Positions 11,154 through 24,255 are shown, counted from the first letter of the whole stretch. The stretch is DNA of 62,141 nt, filler included, from Diploschistes diacapsis (GCA_023645945.1; 9 parts of 9 records of this genome joined end to end with filler, not necessarily neighbours in it), one strand, 5' to 3'. Made by a program: numbers and translations. Notes: generated from the letters alone by a model not told the origin.

Positions 11154-14100
11154 GTCTCTCAGATGGCGCTGACTGTGGACAAGGGGCACACAGAATACAC
11201 GGCAGGAAGAATGGAAACCGTTGGAAGACTACCGTAATGGCTGAGTTGTAAGGATAGAAGGGAGGGCGTCCTTGAGTATAAGTAAGATAGTAGTAACACA
11301 AATACAAGGGGACCCCTGGAGACAGTATAGGAAGCGATATTCGAGAAGTGAGGCGGGCTTGGAAATCGGAGACAAGAAGAGCATTTAATGGAAAAGGTCA
11401 GCTGGCCCATCATACAGAATTGGGGTTCTTTGCCTTTTCAGCGGTGATTGATTGATAGGGATCTTGTTTGCTGCCTTGTATAGTAGAATCGCATTCTGAA
11501 GGGTCGAAACCACCTAGCTAGTACTTAGGCAACCATGCCATGGGGTGTGGCCACGATTCAGACCCGTTCCCATTTGCCATGCAGTCGACGGGGCATATCG
11601 GGCGTCTGAAGAGTTGTTGTTATGGCTAACCGGGCACGTTGAATTTCTGCCTCACCAATACAAACAAACAGCCCTATCTAGCATCTGCCGGTAACCCCCG
11701 CCCAGCCCCAAGCTGACTGACAACAACCCCATATCTCCTCTAATTCTCTCCAGGAAACCCCCGCCCCTGCAGCTGTGCAGCTCTGCATCTGCGTCTGCGT
11801 CTGTCTGGTTTCGCGGTGCCATTCGAGAATTAATCGATTTGCATTGGCGTGCATCTACCACCCCTCACCAACCCTCTGTCAATGGATGAGCAGAGCCCCA
11901 ACTGCAGTCTAATGGCTTCCTGGGCCTGGCTGAAGAATGGGCCTCTATGCGGGAATGACAGCTAAGAGCGCGTTTGAACCTTTAGGAGAGCTGGAAAAAG
12001 CAGTGTTTGGACCAAGCTGTCAGCCATTTCATATATACGAGGCGTTCTAGATGGCCATGGATCGGATACGGGGAATCGGCTAGGACTCAGAACTTCCCCC
12101 CATATGGCCCACCTGACCTTGAGGCCAGAGTAAGAATCAGAGTTACGAATGTTTATTCATTTCTCTCCGACTGACAACAAGCGACTCATACGAATTGATT
12201 TTCGCATCGCTACCTACCCCGCACGCGTCCTAGGCCACCGCTGCTCGGCCGTCTCGACGGAGCGCCCGACTGTGTGAGGCGTGACACACACGCCCTGAAG
12301 CACTTGCATCCTGCCAAGCAAGAGGCCAGAGGGTCTAGAATACGCATTAAAACTCGCTTCTATCTTGCCAAAAAACCCCAATGCCCCGATAGCCTTTAGG
12401 TGGACTGTCAGATTTATCATTGCGCGAATTGTTGCCTTCTTTTGCCTCAGCTTGGCCGCGCCTTGTTTGTATTGCCATGCACGACGGCAAGGTCAGGCCG
12501 GCAGGGGGTTTCGGGCGTCGTAATAAGGACGCCGCTACTTTACTCTTGCTGATTCTTGGTATTCCTCTTTTCTGTCTATCAGAAGCTAATGCTGTTGGCA
12601 GTGACGTGACACAACTTCCAACTCGATTATTCACATACATGCACTCCAGTAAGGAGCCTTATTGGGAGCCGCATCACGTTACGGCCTGATCGATACGGAG
12701 GGTGGCCGAGTCGGGATAGTATCCACATCCAATCCCAGCGTCAACGCTCTCAATCTCGTCCCAGTACGAGTCGCAGTGTCTGGGCAGACCAGATGCCACG
12801 TGTTAGGCGAGTTTCTCAGGCCCTTTCAAATCAATGTCTGTCGATTTTGTTCAGGCTCAGACAGCATCTTCGACCTCATGTCAGCTTACGAAGCTTACGT
12901 ATGATCCTGGGGCGCTTCCGCCCCACCTTTCATGCCTATCTGAGAGCATAGATAATGGCATGACAAGCTCTGAAATCCACCTAGATATTTGTCGGCGTTC
13001 ATTGGTAGCGGACGTCGCTTTCTGCTCTCTGTCGAGGTTTTGTAGCCACGGTCAGACCGACAACCTTTTTCTTGCTTTGCTATCAGCATTCTGTCCATCG
13101 ACCTCCATCATCGTAAGGCGGATTTGTGGCCCAAAGCAGCTACCAAGTCCCACAACAGATCAGAGGTCGAGTCGCACGAACCCTTTCTCCCGCGCGCGCG
13201 ATAGAGTTCGTGGCGCTGAAACACGGCCATGCACGGGTTGGCAAGGCTATATCGTCCATCGACTGGCAAGGCTTATTCTACCAGCACCGCAAGGCGTAAA
13301 CAAATCTGTCCTGTTCCTTGCCATGCGCAACTTAGTACACAAACCTTGCCACGAAGGGTGTGCGTGGAAATAGCAAACCAATTTTGGAGGACAGCACTGG
13401 CCGTACTCATCCACAGAAAACTGGCATGTAGGTACATACCTGCGTCTCACTTTCGCGAAATTATCTGTCCCCTGTCCCCATGTGCCTTGCCGTCATTGCG
13501 TCCGGAGTAATGCCCCGTATATAACATGACCGCGGTGCGTGTAGAATCATCGTATCCGGCTCCGGCACGTCGCAAACCACCCCATCCAAAACCTAATGTA
13601 ATATGCCGGTAGATGTGCAGTACTGTACAGCGGAGGAGGGACACCCACAACTCGTGCGTTTGCACGAGAGTACAACCTGGCATGGGAACAATTGCCGTTA
13701 CAGAAAAAGGCTATGTGGTAAATGCAGGCCATGTAACCCATATCTATTCGTCCTCGTTGTCGTCATATCGTCACACAAAGAAGAGCGACGGGAGGCCCGT
13801 GCCNNNNNNNNNNNNNNNNNNNNNNNNNNNNNNNNNNNNNNNNNNNNTTAATTAATTAANNNNNNNNNNNNNNNNNNNNNNNNNNNNNNNNNNNNNNNNN
13901 NNNGGGAGAGAGGGAGGGAGGGAGAGATGTGGGGTGAGTAAATTGAATGATTGGATGATGAAATAATCAAGTGAATGAGGAGGTTTATGGTGAGGGAGAT
14001 TTGGAAGAAGATCGGATAAAAGACTTGCGGGGGAGGGGAGAAAGAAAGGAAGGAAGGAAGGGAAAAAAAAAGGATGGGGATGAGGATGGGGTCCCGGGAT

Positions 14101-14546
14101 CATCGAGGTTAGCAGGGGCTTGGGTTGATGCTGGTCATGATCTGATGTTGATACTGGGTGTGAGGACTAGACTGGTTGAAGTAAGTAGGAAGCAGCTCTG
14201 CGTGGAAAGCCGGACTTTCAAGAACAAAGGTAAAAGGTACAAGGTACAAGGTATGTACCTACGTAAGTAGCTTCCCAATACCATCCCAATACTATCCTAG
14301 TATATTACATCTCTCCAATTTACCCTTTGACAGCACCGAAAACCTTATAAGACGCAAAACTCCTATGGCTGAAATACCGGAAAAACCCCTATAAATGCTC
14401 CCCCGTACCATGCATATAATAGTTATCCAGCGCGCTTCGCTGACGCAGGCGCGCATCCACCCAATGCACCATGCAACGCTGGTATCATACAAAAAAAGAA
14501 CGCTTCGCACTTTTTCACGAACAGGCCAAAAATAACACCCCCGTCA

Positions 14547-17500
14547 CTACAGTTGTCCCGAAAGAATGGCTTCCGTAGCTGCGCATCAATTAGCATTCAT
14601 GTCCCTCACAAACTGTCAACACACGGAAAAGAAAAAGATCTCTCCTTACCAGACCCGATATAAGCCTTTCTCGCCTCCAGCGACACGCCAAATCTCCTCT
14701 CCAGCTCGCTCTTGATACTCTTCTTCGTCACCGCCATCAGATCTGCGGTCTTCAGGATCTCCCGGATTTCCGCCAGGATCGCGTCGTCCGCCGGCAGACC
14801 CATAAAGTCGCTGAGCTCCACGCTCTCGTTGTGGCCCCGGGGCAGCATCTCCGTCGCGCCAGCACCGAGGAGGCTCGTGCGCGAGCCGTACTGCGGCGGC
14901 TGCGGCTCGAGGTGGGAGATCGGCCGTGAGGGAGCGTGGCCGCCGTATTCGGAGCCCACAGCCGTCGGGTGGTAGGATTTGCTGACGTAGGAGAAGCCCG
15001 ACAGTTCGGACTTGGCGTCGTCGCCGCCGCCGCGAGAGGTCTGCGCTTCCCAAAGCTCGGCCTGGTACTCCTCCCACTTCTTGCGAGGGATGGAAGCCGG
15101 GTCGAACTTGCCTTCGTCGGTGACGACGACCTTGCGGCCCTTTTCGCCCGTGACGACGCGGGTGTTGCCCCACGAAAAGTCGTCCATGTACCAGAAGGCG
15201 TACAGAGGCAGGGCGAAGGAGAAGACGGGCATGGCGAGCACGTAGATGATCAGCCAGCCGACCATCTCCCACTTGCGGCGCAGGATGAAGATGATGGCCT
15301 GGAGACCGTAGATGGCGCCGAGCAGGATGAAGGCGGTGATGGGCACGGAAGAGGGGTTGGAGATGACCGAGTAGATGAGGTAGCCGACGTAGAAGAGGGT
15401 AACGGGCTGGACGACGGTAGAGAGCAGGTCGATGAAGACGACGAAGCGCATACTGAAGCAGCAGAAACCGCAAAGCTGCTGCAAAGGAATCAGCTCGCAC
15501 AGGTTGTGAACCGTAGAATTGATCCAGCGCCGGCGCTGGGAGAGGAAGACTCTCCAGGTGTCCGGGGCGATGGTCCAGGCATGCGCATGCATGGTGTACT
15601 TGGTCTTGTACTTGGGATGGAACTTCATGAGGAGGGTCGTCAAGTAACGATCTTCTCCCAGATGCAAGAGATTCTTCATGTGCAGCGTGTCGACACGCAT
15701 GGTTGCGTAAGCTTCAACCACCTCGCGACTGACGAACAATGGTTTCCCGGTCTCTGCCGCTCGAATGCGGTACATGCTGAAACAGCCCGGGAGACAAGTG
15801 ACCGATCCGAAAAGACTTTCAAAGGCTTTGGTCAGATTGTGAGAAATGTAGTATTCGTACACCTGGATCATTGTAGTCATGGAGGCTCTGGAGTTGGTGA
15901 GGGAAGTCTCTCCGCAGAGGCCAATCAGCCTCGCGTCGTTCAGGAACGCCGCGATCATCCTCAGCGCCGAATCCGGTGCCACCACAGTATCGGCATCGAT
16001 CTGGAACAAGAACTCGTAGAATGTGGGGTGGACGCCGATAATGTTCCGGATCTGATGGTGCATCTCGAGCTCGAGGGGATTCATCGGCAGATTGTAGTGG
16101 ACGCGGTTCAAGAAGCGCATCAACAGCAGCTGCGAGTCCCTCTTGCCACGATTGCCAGGCCTGGAGACCTCGGAAGGCTTGCCGATCTTTACGATAACAA
16201 GGAACGGAACGATGTGGCCCTGCACCTCGTACAAGCCAGAATAGACCTTGCCCATGTTGTGTTGTTTCATGCCTTCGCCCAAAGCCTCGAAACTGAGCGG
16301 CTCCGGATCGACAGTTTCCGACACTCCAAGGATGTCCAGCACGATGCGAGGCGTCGGCCTATCATTCCCCTGTCCGATGATCATACCATCGCAGACTACG
16401 ACAAGAAGCTTTCGCTTGTCATCATACTTCATGCGAGCAGCAGAGTCAATTGCACGCCGAAGAGCATCCTCGTCCTCGGTATAGGCAGGGATTTGACAAA
16501 TGACAAATTTGTCCAGGTTCTCTGGAGCGTTCTTTCGTCCGAACTGTAAGGCCGCAAAGAACTTGAATCCAATCACGCTGGCGAGAAGAACGGAGATGGC
16601 CAGGAGGAGATAGTCCGCAAACTGGCACTGGGGCGAGTTCCTGGTATCGACAACTGCAGTCATAAAAAGCTCATTAAGACAGTTCAGTTGGTTTGCTCGT
16701 CCTTCCTTGCTAAGAGGCAGCGTGTTCCAATCCTGCGTGACATCGGCATTGGGATTCGAGACGAACAGACCCTGCACGATAGGATCCATGAATGCCGTTG
16801 CGTCGGAAGCGGGCGGGGCCTGCCCAGGAATAGGCTTTATTCTCGCTTCGCCGTTCACGTACCCAGTGAGATCATAGATGCGACCGTCGATGATCCTGGT
16901 GTTGGCTGTTTGCGATTTCCCCATCATGGTGTTAACATACGAAGAAGTATAGCCCACATTACCCACCTTGAAGTTGCCCTTTAGATACTGCATCTGTTCA
17001 TAGAACCAATCGGGGCGCGAGTCGTTGGTGAAGGCTCTGAAGTCGTGGTAGTTGGCGTTCGGATCGCCGCTGGTGATCACTGTTGCAGCACCCGTAATGT
17101 TCACCGGGTTGGGCTGGATCGTCACCTGGTCGTCGACGGGACCATTGACTCCAATACACAAGGCGGAAACTTGGACCGGGAAAAGGGCAGTGGCATCAAC
17201 ACCAGCGTATTTCATGAGAGCCGCATCGGGAATGATTTGAGGATAGTGGTTGGGTATGAAGTCGCCCAGGTCAAAGACCCAACCTCGAATGGCAACATAA
17301 GCGGTGTTGGAGCTTTTGCCGTTATGCGACGACAGTTCCTGCTGCGAGAAGACGTTCTGCGTAGGACAGATGAGGCGAGGAAAGAAGAAAATGAAGAAGA
17401 CGATGAAGAGGCAGCTGAACCAGATCAGCAGATTGATCGCAAACTTTTCTCGCCATGCGATCCGAACGTCTGGACGCTTGATGCGTCCAATCAGCTTGAC

Positions 17501-20332
17501 CGTGAAGTCCGGAATGTAGAAGGTCAGCAGCCACACGACGAACAACCAGCGCTTCCGGCTTCCAGACGTGACGACATCGTCGACTTCAACGAGCTTCTTC
17601 TGGTTGCCCTTCTCGGCCATCTGCTCCCGTGTTTCAAAGTTGCGGAACATATCGCCAGAATTGAACGCAGAGGCTCCGGCGTCAGAACGTCCGTCGATTT
17701 CCTTGCTCCCGAAGTAACCGCCATGCTTCGCATCGTGCCCGTACATCTGAGGAGATGGTGCTCCCAGATGGGATGACACGAGTTGCGTCTTCGAGTCGCC
17801 AAAGGGATTGCCGTGGGCTCTCGGGGTCGGCAAGTCCTCATCGTCAAAGGCGTCGCCTCTGTCCAAGAAAGCAGCTCCGGCAAATGCTCTTTCGTCCGCT
17901 TGAGCGATGCTTGCCCAGCATCGCTCGCTCAGGAAGACGCCTGTCGTACCAACCCTGGCCTCATTGCCCGGCCACTTCCTTTCCGATAGCACGACCTCTG
18001 CCTTTTCACGGTCACTGCCAACTAGGAGGGATTCGGACTGTGTCAGGCCCAAGAACTCCGAGAACGGAAGGAACACGCCGAAGTCGGCATTCCTCAGACG
18101 TTGGCTGATTTCGGCGATCCCGAGCATCTGCACCTGCGCCCGAACGCACTTGCTGTCGAACTGGTTGGCGATCCTGCGATCGTTTGGCTTCAGGCAGAAT
18201 ACGTAATAAGCATTGGTGTTCGCAGCAACGATGGACTTTCGGATAATGTCCAACGCAGCCAGGAATTGCCCCGACGCCCCTTGATCGAGGTTACCCGCCG
18301 CTTGAGACTGTCCCTTACGGCCTAGCGCACCATCGGTGCCCGAAGCGCCCGGACGGCTCGGATCTCTGGACCCGCTGCTCTGTTCTCTTGCTGCTGCTCT
18401 GGACCGGAAACGCTCCGGTCGCTCCCCCTTTCGTCGAGCCAAGCTCGGCATTCGCAGAGGCTTCGAGCTGACCTGAGCCTGCATTACAGCGGTCTTCTCG
18501 TTTGGGTGCATGACCGTCTGCAGGGCCTCTTGTCCGAAAAGCTGGCGGACAAAGTCGCTCTTGGTGGAGTTGATGAGGTTCATCATGTCACCGGAAACTA
18601 CTTCACCGTTCTCTTCAATCAAACCCCGGATTGGGTAATCTACCTCGCCAGCATAGTGCTTGACAGTGAAGGCGGCAGCGGAATTGCGAGTTGGGAAGTT
18701 GCTACCGGGTTGAACGACGGTGGCGCTTCCGGCATTGATGGCCGGGTTCTTGTTCTCGAATCGCTTCCGCACGGCTTCGAGGAACTGTACGTCAGTCTTT
18801 CCTCTGCGGGTTTGATCATCCAGGATGCTCAAGAGACCATTGCCAGACTTCAAAAGGCCCTTGACGGCGTCGGTGTTGTCAAAGTAGCTCGTCCCCGCCA
18901 CATTGACCTCTTCCGAATCGAGCAGCTCCACTTTGCTCTCGAAGAAACTCTGTAGGCATAGGTTGTAGAGGGCTTCCGAAGCCGCATTGTTCAGCAGCTG
19001 GTCCAAAGTTGATCCGGCCGAGGCGGATTGCGCGAAGCCCGGGAAATCCACCAGCGAGACCGTGTTCGCGATTGAATCTTCCACGGCGCACGTTTTCTGA
19101 TTACAGTGTTCAATAACGTATGCTACGAGCAGGGAGTAGAGGGTTCTCGCAAGCTCATCCGCGTTGGCGCGTGCCCCGGCGGCATCCAGCATGACCGTGA
19201 CTCTTTCGCGGTGGATAGTCTTGGTCTTGTACCCAAGGCTCGTCTCCAGATCCGTCACGCTTAGACCCAAGAAAGCAGCAACAATTCCGAGAACATCCTT
19301 GTTCCGGACGGCCGTAACATCCTCTCCACCTTCGTGAGAGTAACCTCCGCTTTCATCGGCGGCCGGTGTGGTCGATTGGCTCCTGACGAAGTCCAGTTGG
19401 CCCAAGTGCAAGATGCAAGCAAGAATCTGACATATGTCGGCGATCTCGTTCCGTGAGAATTCGAGCTTCCTCAGCGCAGTCTTGAAGTGCTGAAATCCCT
19501 CGGCATCGTTAATGCCGACCTTCAACTGGGTAGGATGCCCCAGGTACCGCCACCTTCGCTGGCCAACGGTCACTGACGATCTTCTGCCCACAGACGTGCT
19601 GTGCTCAGTAACGAGGCTCGGTACATCAAGCCCCAGGTGGGCCTTCTCTGCCGGGCTTGTTCCGGCCAGAAGGTAGTATAGGACGTGGAAGCTCCTTTCT
19701 CCCGTCGGCACGGAAGCTATCCGACTTCTTTCGAGCCGATGATCGAGCAGCTTGCCACCAATCAAGGTGGCATGTGTGGTGGAGGAGGCGTCGTATTGCA
19801 GTTCGAGGAACAGACCGGCTTTCGAAGCCGTCGGTGTCGTAACAGATTTAGTCGTGGTCAAGGTGTCGAAGACGAAGGCTGCCAAAGACAGCTTTGTCGA
19901 AAGCGGAGTTGATGACGCTCCAAGCAGAGCGGTCAGCAGATGCGAGCGAACGGTTGTCTTCCCCGAGCCTGACTCGCCAAGGAACACCACGGCCTGATCC
20001 TCGCCTCTTGCCGCCATCCTTGCCATTGCTCTTCCAGCCAGCTCCGCCGCTTCGCCCATGGCGCTACCTTCTCTTCCGCCATCCGGGCCCTTTGCTGCGG
20101 ACGTGTAGGTGTTGAGAGAAATTAGGCCTTGGGAGGATAAACGCGCTGTTGGAAGGTTGACATGGAATCTGCAGCAGAGATCAACAGCAACTCGAGAGTA
20201 CGGGTAAGGATGTGCTCACCGGCTCGCAAGATGAGCAGTCAAGTGGGTGTCGGATTGCAAGTGTGTTGGTAACGAAGGCAGAGACGCTTGGGAGTATGAT
20301 GGTGGTGTGGGAGAAGCGGTATGATGGGCCAT
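14547..20332 (-). CDS. Class V chitin synthase with myosin motor-like domain (CsmA/ChsV type)
   Basis: P-loop GESGSGKT, cytochrome b5-like region, LGEDRYL and QRRRW motifs, DEK_C-like tail. One short intron near each end; last exon reads ...TEAILSGQL*. Confidence 0.96.
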
Positions 20333-20610
20333 GGCGACGTTTGCAGACGTTGAAGAGACGTTGGGATAGGACCAGTTTCAACGGCTCTGTGATCAAGGGT
20401 TCATCAGGATTACTGTTGCCCGAATGCTCGGAATTGGTCAGAGAACCACAAGAAGTACAAGTCGCTATGCATGTGAAAGGGAGGATAAGCCCAGAAGCAA
20501 ATGCCAACCAAACAGGCAATTGATAGTGGAAGGGGGTATCAAAAACGTAGGTAGAAATACTGGAGATGCGTTTTAGAGGATGTTGATTTTTTGATTATTC
20601 CCGGAGTAAT

Positions 20611-20710
20611 CCGTTTCCGTTTCCGTCTCCGTTTCCGTGGTGGATCGTGGATGGATCGGGTCTGTGCAGTAGTGTATTATTAATAATAATAAATAATAAT
20701 AATAATAATA
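20611..20710. repeat. Simple repeats (CCGTTT)n and (AAT)n upstream of the chitin synthase
   Basis: ccgtttccgtttccgtctccgtttccgt and taataataataaataataataataataata. Confidence 0.8.
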
Positions 20711-21131
20711 CTTTCCCTCCTTTTTCCTCCCTTTCCCCCCCNNNNNNNNNNNNNNNNNNNNNNNNNNNNNNNNNNNNNNNNNNNNTTAATTAATTAANNN
20801 NNNNNNNNNNNNNNNNNNNNNNNNNNNNNNNNNNNNNNNNNGGGTGGAAGGGGGAGAAGGAGTTTTGCGAGGTGGTGAGGAAGTTGAGGGCCAAGGGCCT
20901 GGTGCCACTGAAGGGGCAGTGGGGAGAGGTAAAGGGGGTGGAAGGGTGAATTCACTCAAGAGTAAAAGGTATCCTATACCTGACGGGAAGAAAATGGGGT
21001 TTAGCGTGTTTGCAGTATACTGTCAGAACCACTTATGGATTCTGAATGTCCAATCAAGTTGTTTGATAGATCTTGTACTTTCAAGAGTATCTTGTCAAGA
21101 CATGATTCATAATATGTCCGCGACTAGCCCT

Positions 21132-22070
21132 TTAGTAAAAGAAACCAACGATCTTGCCAGCTACATGCTTCCTTCTAGCTTCTTCGTGATCCATAATGCC
21201 AGCAGACGCTGCACAAGAGTGAGCCACATATCAAGCAAATATATAATAACATCCTTACTCGTAAGGACAATGTACCCGAATTGACGGGATGGCAACAGCT
21301 TGACGATCCACTTCTCGAAGTCGGTGATTCTAACGTTGAAGCGAGGCGAGATGACGCCAGTTTTGTTAAGACTGTTTACCAACAGTTAGTACAAGGGAAC
21401 CTTAGGTGTGCGAGGAACCATACCGGCCGATGAGCTGAACAACGATCTTTATTTTGGAGTAAGCCAAAGTTCGCATATTCAATGGAAAATATATTACCTT
21501 CCCACTCCTATGATCATCTACTTCTTCAAATTCGCCGATGTCTAACTTGTTAAGCCACTGCGGTTGCATGCTCGACACAATATATCACTTACAGCCTACA
21601 GAAGCAAGTCAGCAAGTTGTCTGCAACGACCTATGCGGCATTCATCAAGTCAAAGAGATCAAAGAACGTCTGGATGTGGCAGGTGAATAATTCAGTCTCT
21701 CGGGAATTTAAAGGGCAAGGGCCGTAGAGGTAGAATATCCGGAAGGAAAGACCATTGCCTAGTTATCATCCCGAGTTGAGGTTTCAAATGGGGATGGCTG
21801 GTGACGAAGGATGCAAGGACACGCTGAATAGCTTACCATGCTGTTGCATCACCTGCAAGAACTGATGGCATGTTAGTGATTAGCTGTCAGAACGACCTCG
21901 AAAGGAGCCCTACCTTTATGATGACCTTGGAGCTGGGTCGGATCAGAACCTGGCGTTTGCCTGACTTTTCCGCGTTGTTGCTGCGCTGCCGTCAGTATTG
22001 CGAATTGAACCAGGTTTGGCAAAGCTCACATGGCGTTGAGCGCATCGTTGAGGACGCTAGTCTTAACCAT
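21132..22070 (-). CDS. RPS22: 40S ribosomal protein uS8 (S22/S15a), 7 coding introns plus a 5'-UTR intron
   Basis: Spliced reading [13 protein letters not shown]...[58 protein letters not shown]...[27 protein letters not shown]. Confidence 0.97.
21615..21776 (-). ncRNA. Intronic H/ACA snoRNA, snR44-like (guide for 18S Psi106 equivalent)
   Basis: Lies in the 241-nt RPS22 intron. Hairpin 1 is CTCGGGA-TGATAACT-aGGCAA...TTGCCc-TTTAA-aTTCCCGAG, whose pocket complements 18S UUAAA-U-C-AGUUAUCG. Hairpin 2 is closed by CTGC/GCAG and followed by ACA just before the branch site. Yeast snR44 lies in an RPS22B intron. Confidence 0.8.
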
Positions 22071-22629
22071 GTTGGCTGTGTCGTAGGATCGATGAGATTC
22101 TCAACTCTTTCGCCGAGGTGAGGTATCTGCATTGCGAGAGGGTGTTATGTTAGCCCACGGAACCTTGAGCACAAAGAGTGCCCTTCATCATGAGAGTGTG
22201 AAGGGTTCTAAGGCCCATGTTGACGGTGAAGGAGCGTTTTGTGAACATGAATGCTCCTTGGATTTTCTAGAGGAAAAGAGGAGCATTCTATATACACATT
22301 TCGCTACTCCAAGGTTCTCAAGAAAGAAAGGCGAAAGAAAGGCGCTCACCTCGTAAACTGACGAACACGATATGCAAATTGAAGGTTGGTTAATCGTAAA
22401 GCTCAAGAGAAATTTGGTGATTTTGGCTTGCAACCTTGGCGCGTGCGCTAGGTCCACTAAGCGAGGACCCAATTGCCAAGCTTAAGGCTGAAAGATAAGA
22501 TAAGATTCCAACGGTCATTAAAAAACGTGGGACGTCATCGACTTGTGTGAGATTCAATATATCGCTTCTTGTAGCGGAAACTTCTGAAGGTCAGACCTAA
22601 ATACTGCTATATAACAAGAAAAAAACACC

Positions 22630-23642
22630 ATGACGTGGCAAAGCACCTGCTGTACCTGCGCATCTATTCTTTCTACTATACCTGAGGCATATGACCAAAA
22701 CAGCGAGAAATCCATACAGAGCAGAACATTGCCATGCTGTGGACGAACAGTATGCGCGTCATGTATAGCGGTAAGCTGTTAGCATAATGAAGAACGCACT
22801 TTTTGCTGATGTTGTAGTCAAATCGGCGCTTTGAGACCTATTGTACATGCACTCCTTTCCAGGCCAGGTCATGTGCTAAAAGCAGTGCAGGCCCGTTCTG
22901 CCAGACGACGAGATTACCATCATTAGGGAAAGAGCAAGAAGAGAAAGCAGAGTCTTCGCAGCCTGTCAATGAAGAACCTCCACCTTACACACCTCTTCTG
23001 GGCCCAGTGCTCAGTCATACACCCCCACCGCCGCCGCGGCCGCATCATGCGACGCTGGATAATTTAGACAACTCCAACAGTCTCCAAGAACCGCCACCAT
23101 ATGATACTGCCATGACGGCTCCTCCGGAAGCAGGTTCAGTAAATAGCAACGCTGTACCTGCATCTTCAGCGTGCCCTGCAGAGGATGTCGTACATTACCT
23201 TTCGCCAGAGGACAGCATTCAGACCCTTTCCATTGCTTATGGTGTTCCTGCTTCGGTTCTTAAAAGCCATAACACTCTTCATTCAGATAATCTTCTTTCC
23301 GCTCGCCGAATTATCAGGATACCCGCATCACACTACCGAGGACCAAGCTTATCCCCGAATCCGCTCGAAAGCCAGGAGGAGGTTGAGCGCAAATCAAAGA
23401 TCAGGAAGCTGATGGTTCATTGTAAGGTATCCGAATATAAAGTGGCTCTGATGTATCTCGAGGAGGCCAAATGGGACCTGGGAAAGGCGGTTGCGAAGGT
23501 CGAAGAAGATGATAGGTGGGAAAAGGAACACCCTATGAACAGTTCGAGCGCGAACGCCGGCATTGCAACGAACCCGTATGGCCGGAAACTCAAGCTTGCG
23601 GAGCCGTTGAGTCCGAGGCGCATTGCAAATCTCCTGAGCTGA
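22630..23642 (+). CDS. Intracellular LysM-domain protein with an N-terminal RING-like Cys cluster and a C-terminal UBA-like helix bundle
   Basis: Exons give MTWQSTCCTC...PCCGRTVCASC|...YCPFCQ. LysM reads HYLSPEDSIQTLSIAYGVPASVLKSHN...IRIP; the tail is VALMYLEEAKWDLGKAV. No signal peptide. Confidence 0.85.
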
Positions 23643-23832
23643 TGTGTGCATTGGGCGACGTATTAAATCCTGGGAATGCCGGCTCGTCATTGTAGATGTA
23701 CTGCTGGCGTACAATTGTGCATAGCGGACTTGGATGGGATGTTACATGTAGAGTAGGCGGCATTATCTTTCAGCTTGAGATGCGACATCATTGCAATCTT
23801 CTCACTGTAGTAAGTTTGCGTCGAGGAGGTCA

Positions 23833-24255
23833 TCAAGCAGCGAAAAGTGGCTCGGTGTGTGCGAAAGGCCTTCGCTTCTTTCGCTTAAGAAGTGTGTTCA
23901 GAAAGCCCTGCTGTATAGACTTATTTTTTTGCCAGCTTTTCATCCTCCTCAGCCTTCATTTTCGCCTGTACCCTCTTCAACTTCCCTTCTAGCTTGGTAC
24001 GTTGCCTAATTAGAACAGCTCTCCTAGACTCGATTATGGCTATCCTCTCCTCGATGGACATTTCTCTCAAGTCTCTAGCTTCCTAGATGCAGGGTCAACA
24101 GCGTTCTCTTTTGGTGAATTCCAAATCGAATATTTGCTACATACCTGGGTTACCTCTTCACCACCTTTCAACTGTGCTCCGACCACAGCTCCTACAGCTG
24201 TGACTGCTGCGATTGCCCCCGTCCAAACAACTTTATTTCCTTTCAGCATTGCCAT
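23833..24255 (-). CDS. Small protein with one TM helix plus coiled coil (possibly mitochondrial)
   Basis: MAMLKGNKVVWTGAIAAVTAVGAVVGAQLK...Q|EARDLREMSIEERIAIIESRR...; one canonical intron. Confidence 0.75.

Noticed and set aside
11200..13803. Many short ORFs in a 2.6-kb stretch
   Set aside because: No motif, codon bias or coherent exon chain; probably regulatory or intergenic DNA.
14936..16549. 537-aa antisense ORF and similar long overlapping ORFs in GC-rich genes
   Set aside because: Shadow frames caused by the high GC3 of the real gene on the other strand.
20333..20741. Head-to-head class VII chitin synthase partner
   Set aside because: Expected from other Pezizomycotina, but the contig ends before it could be seen.
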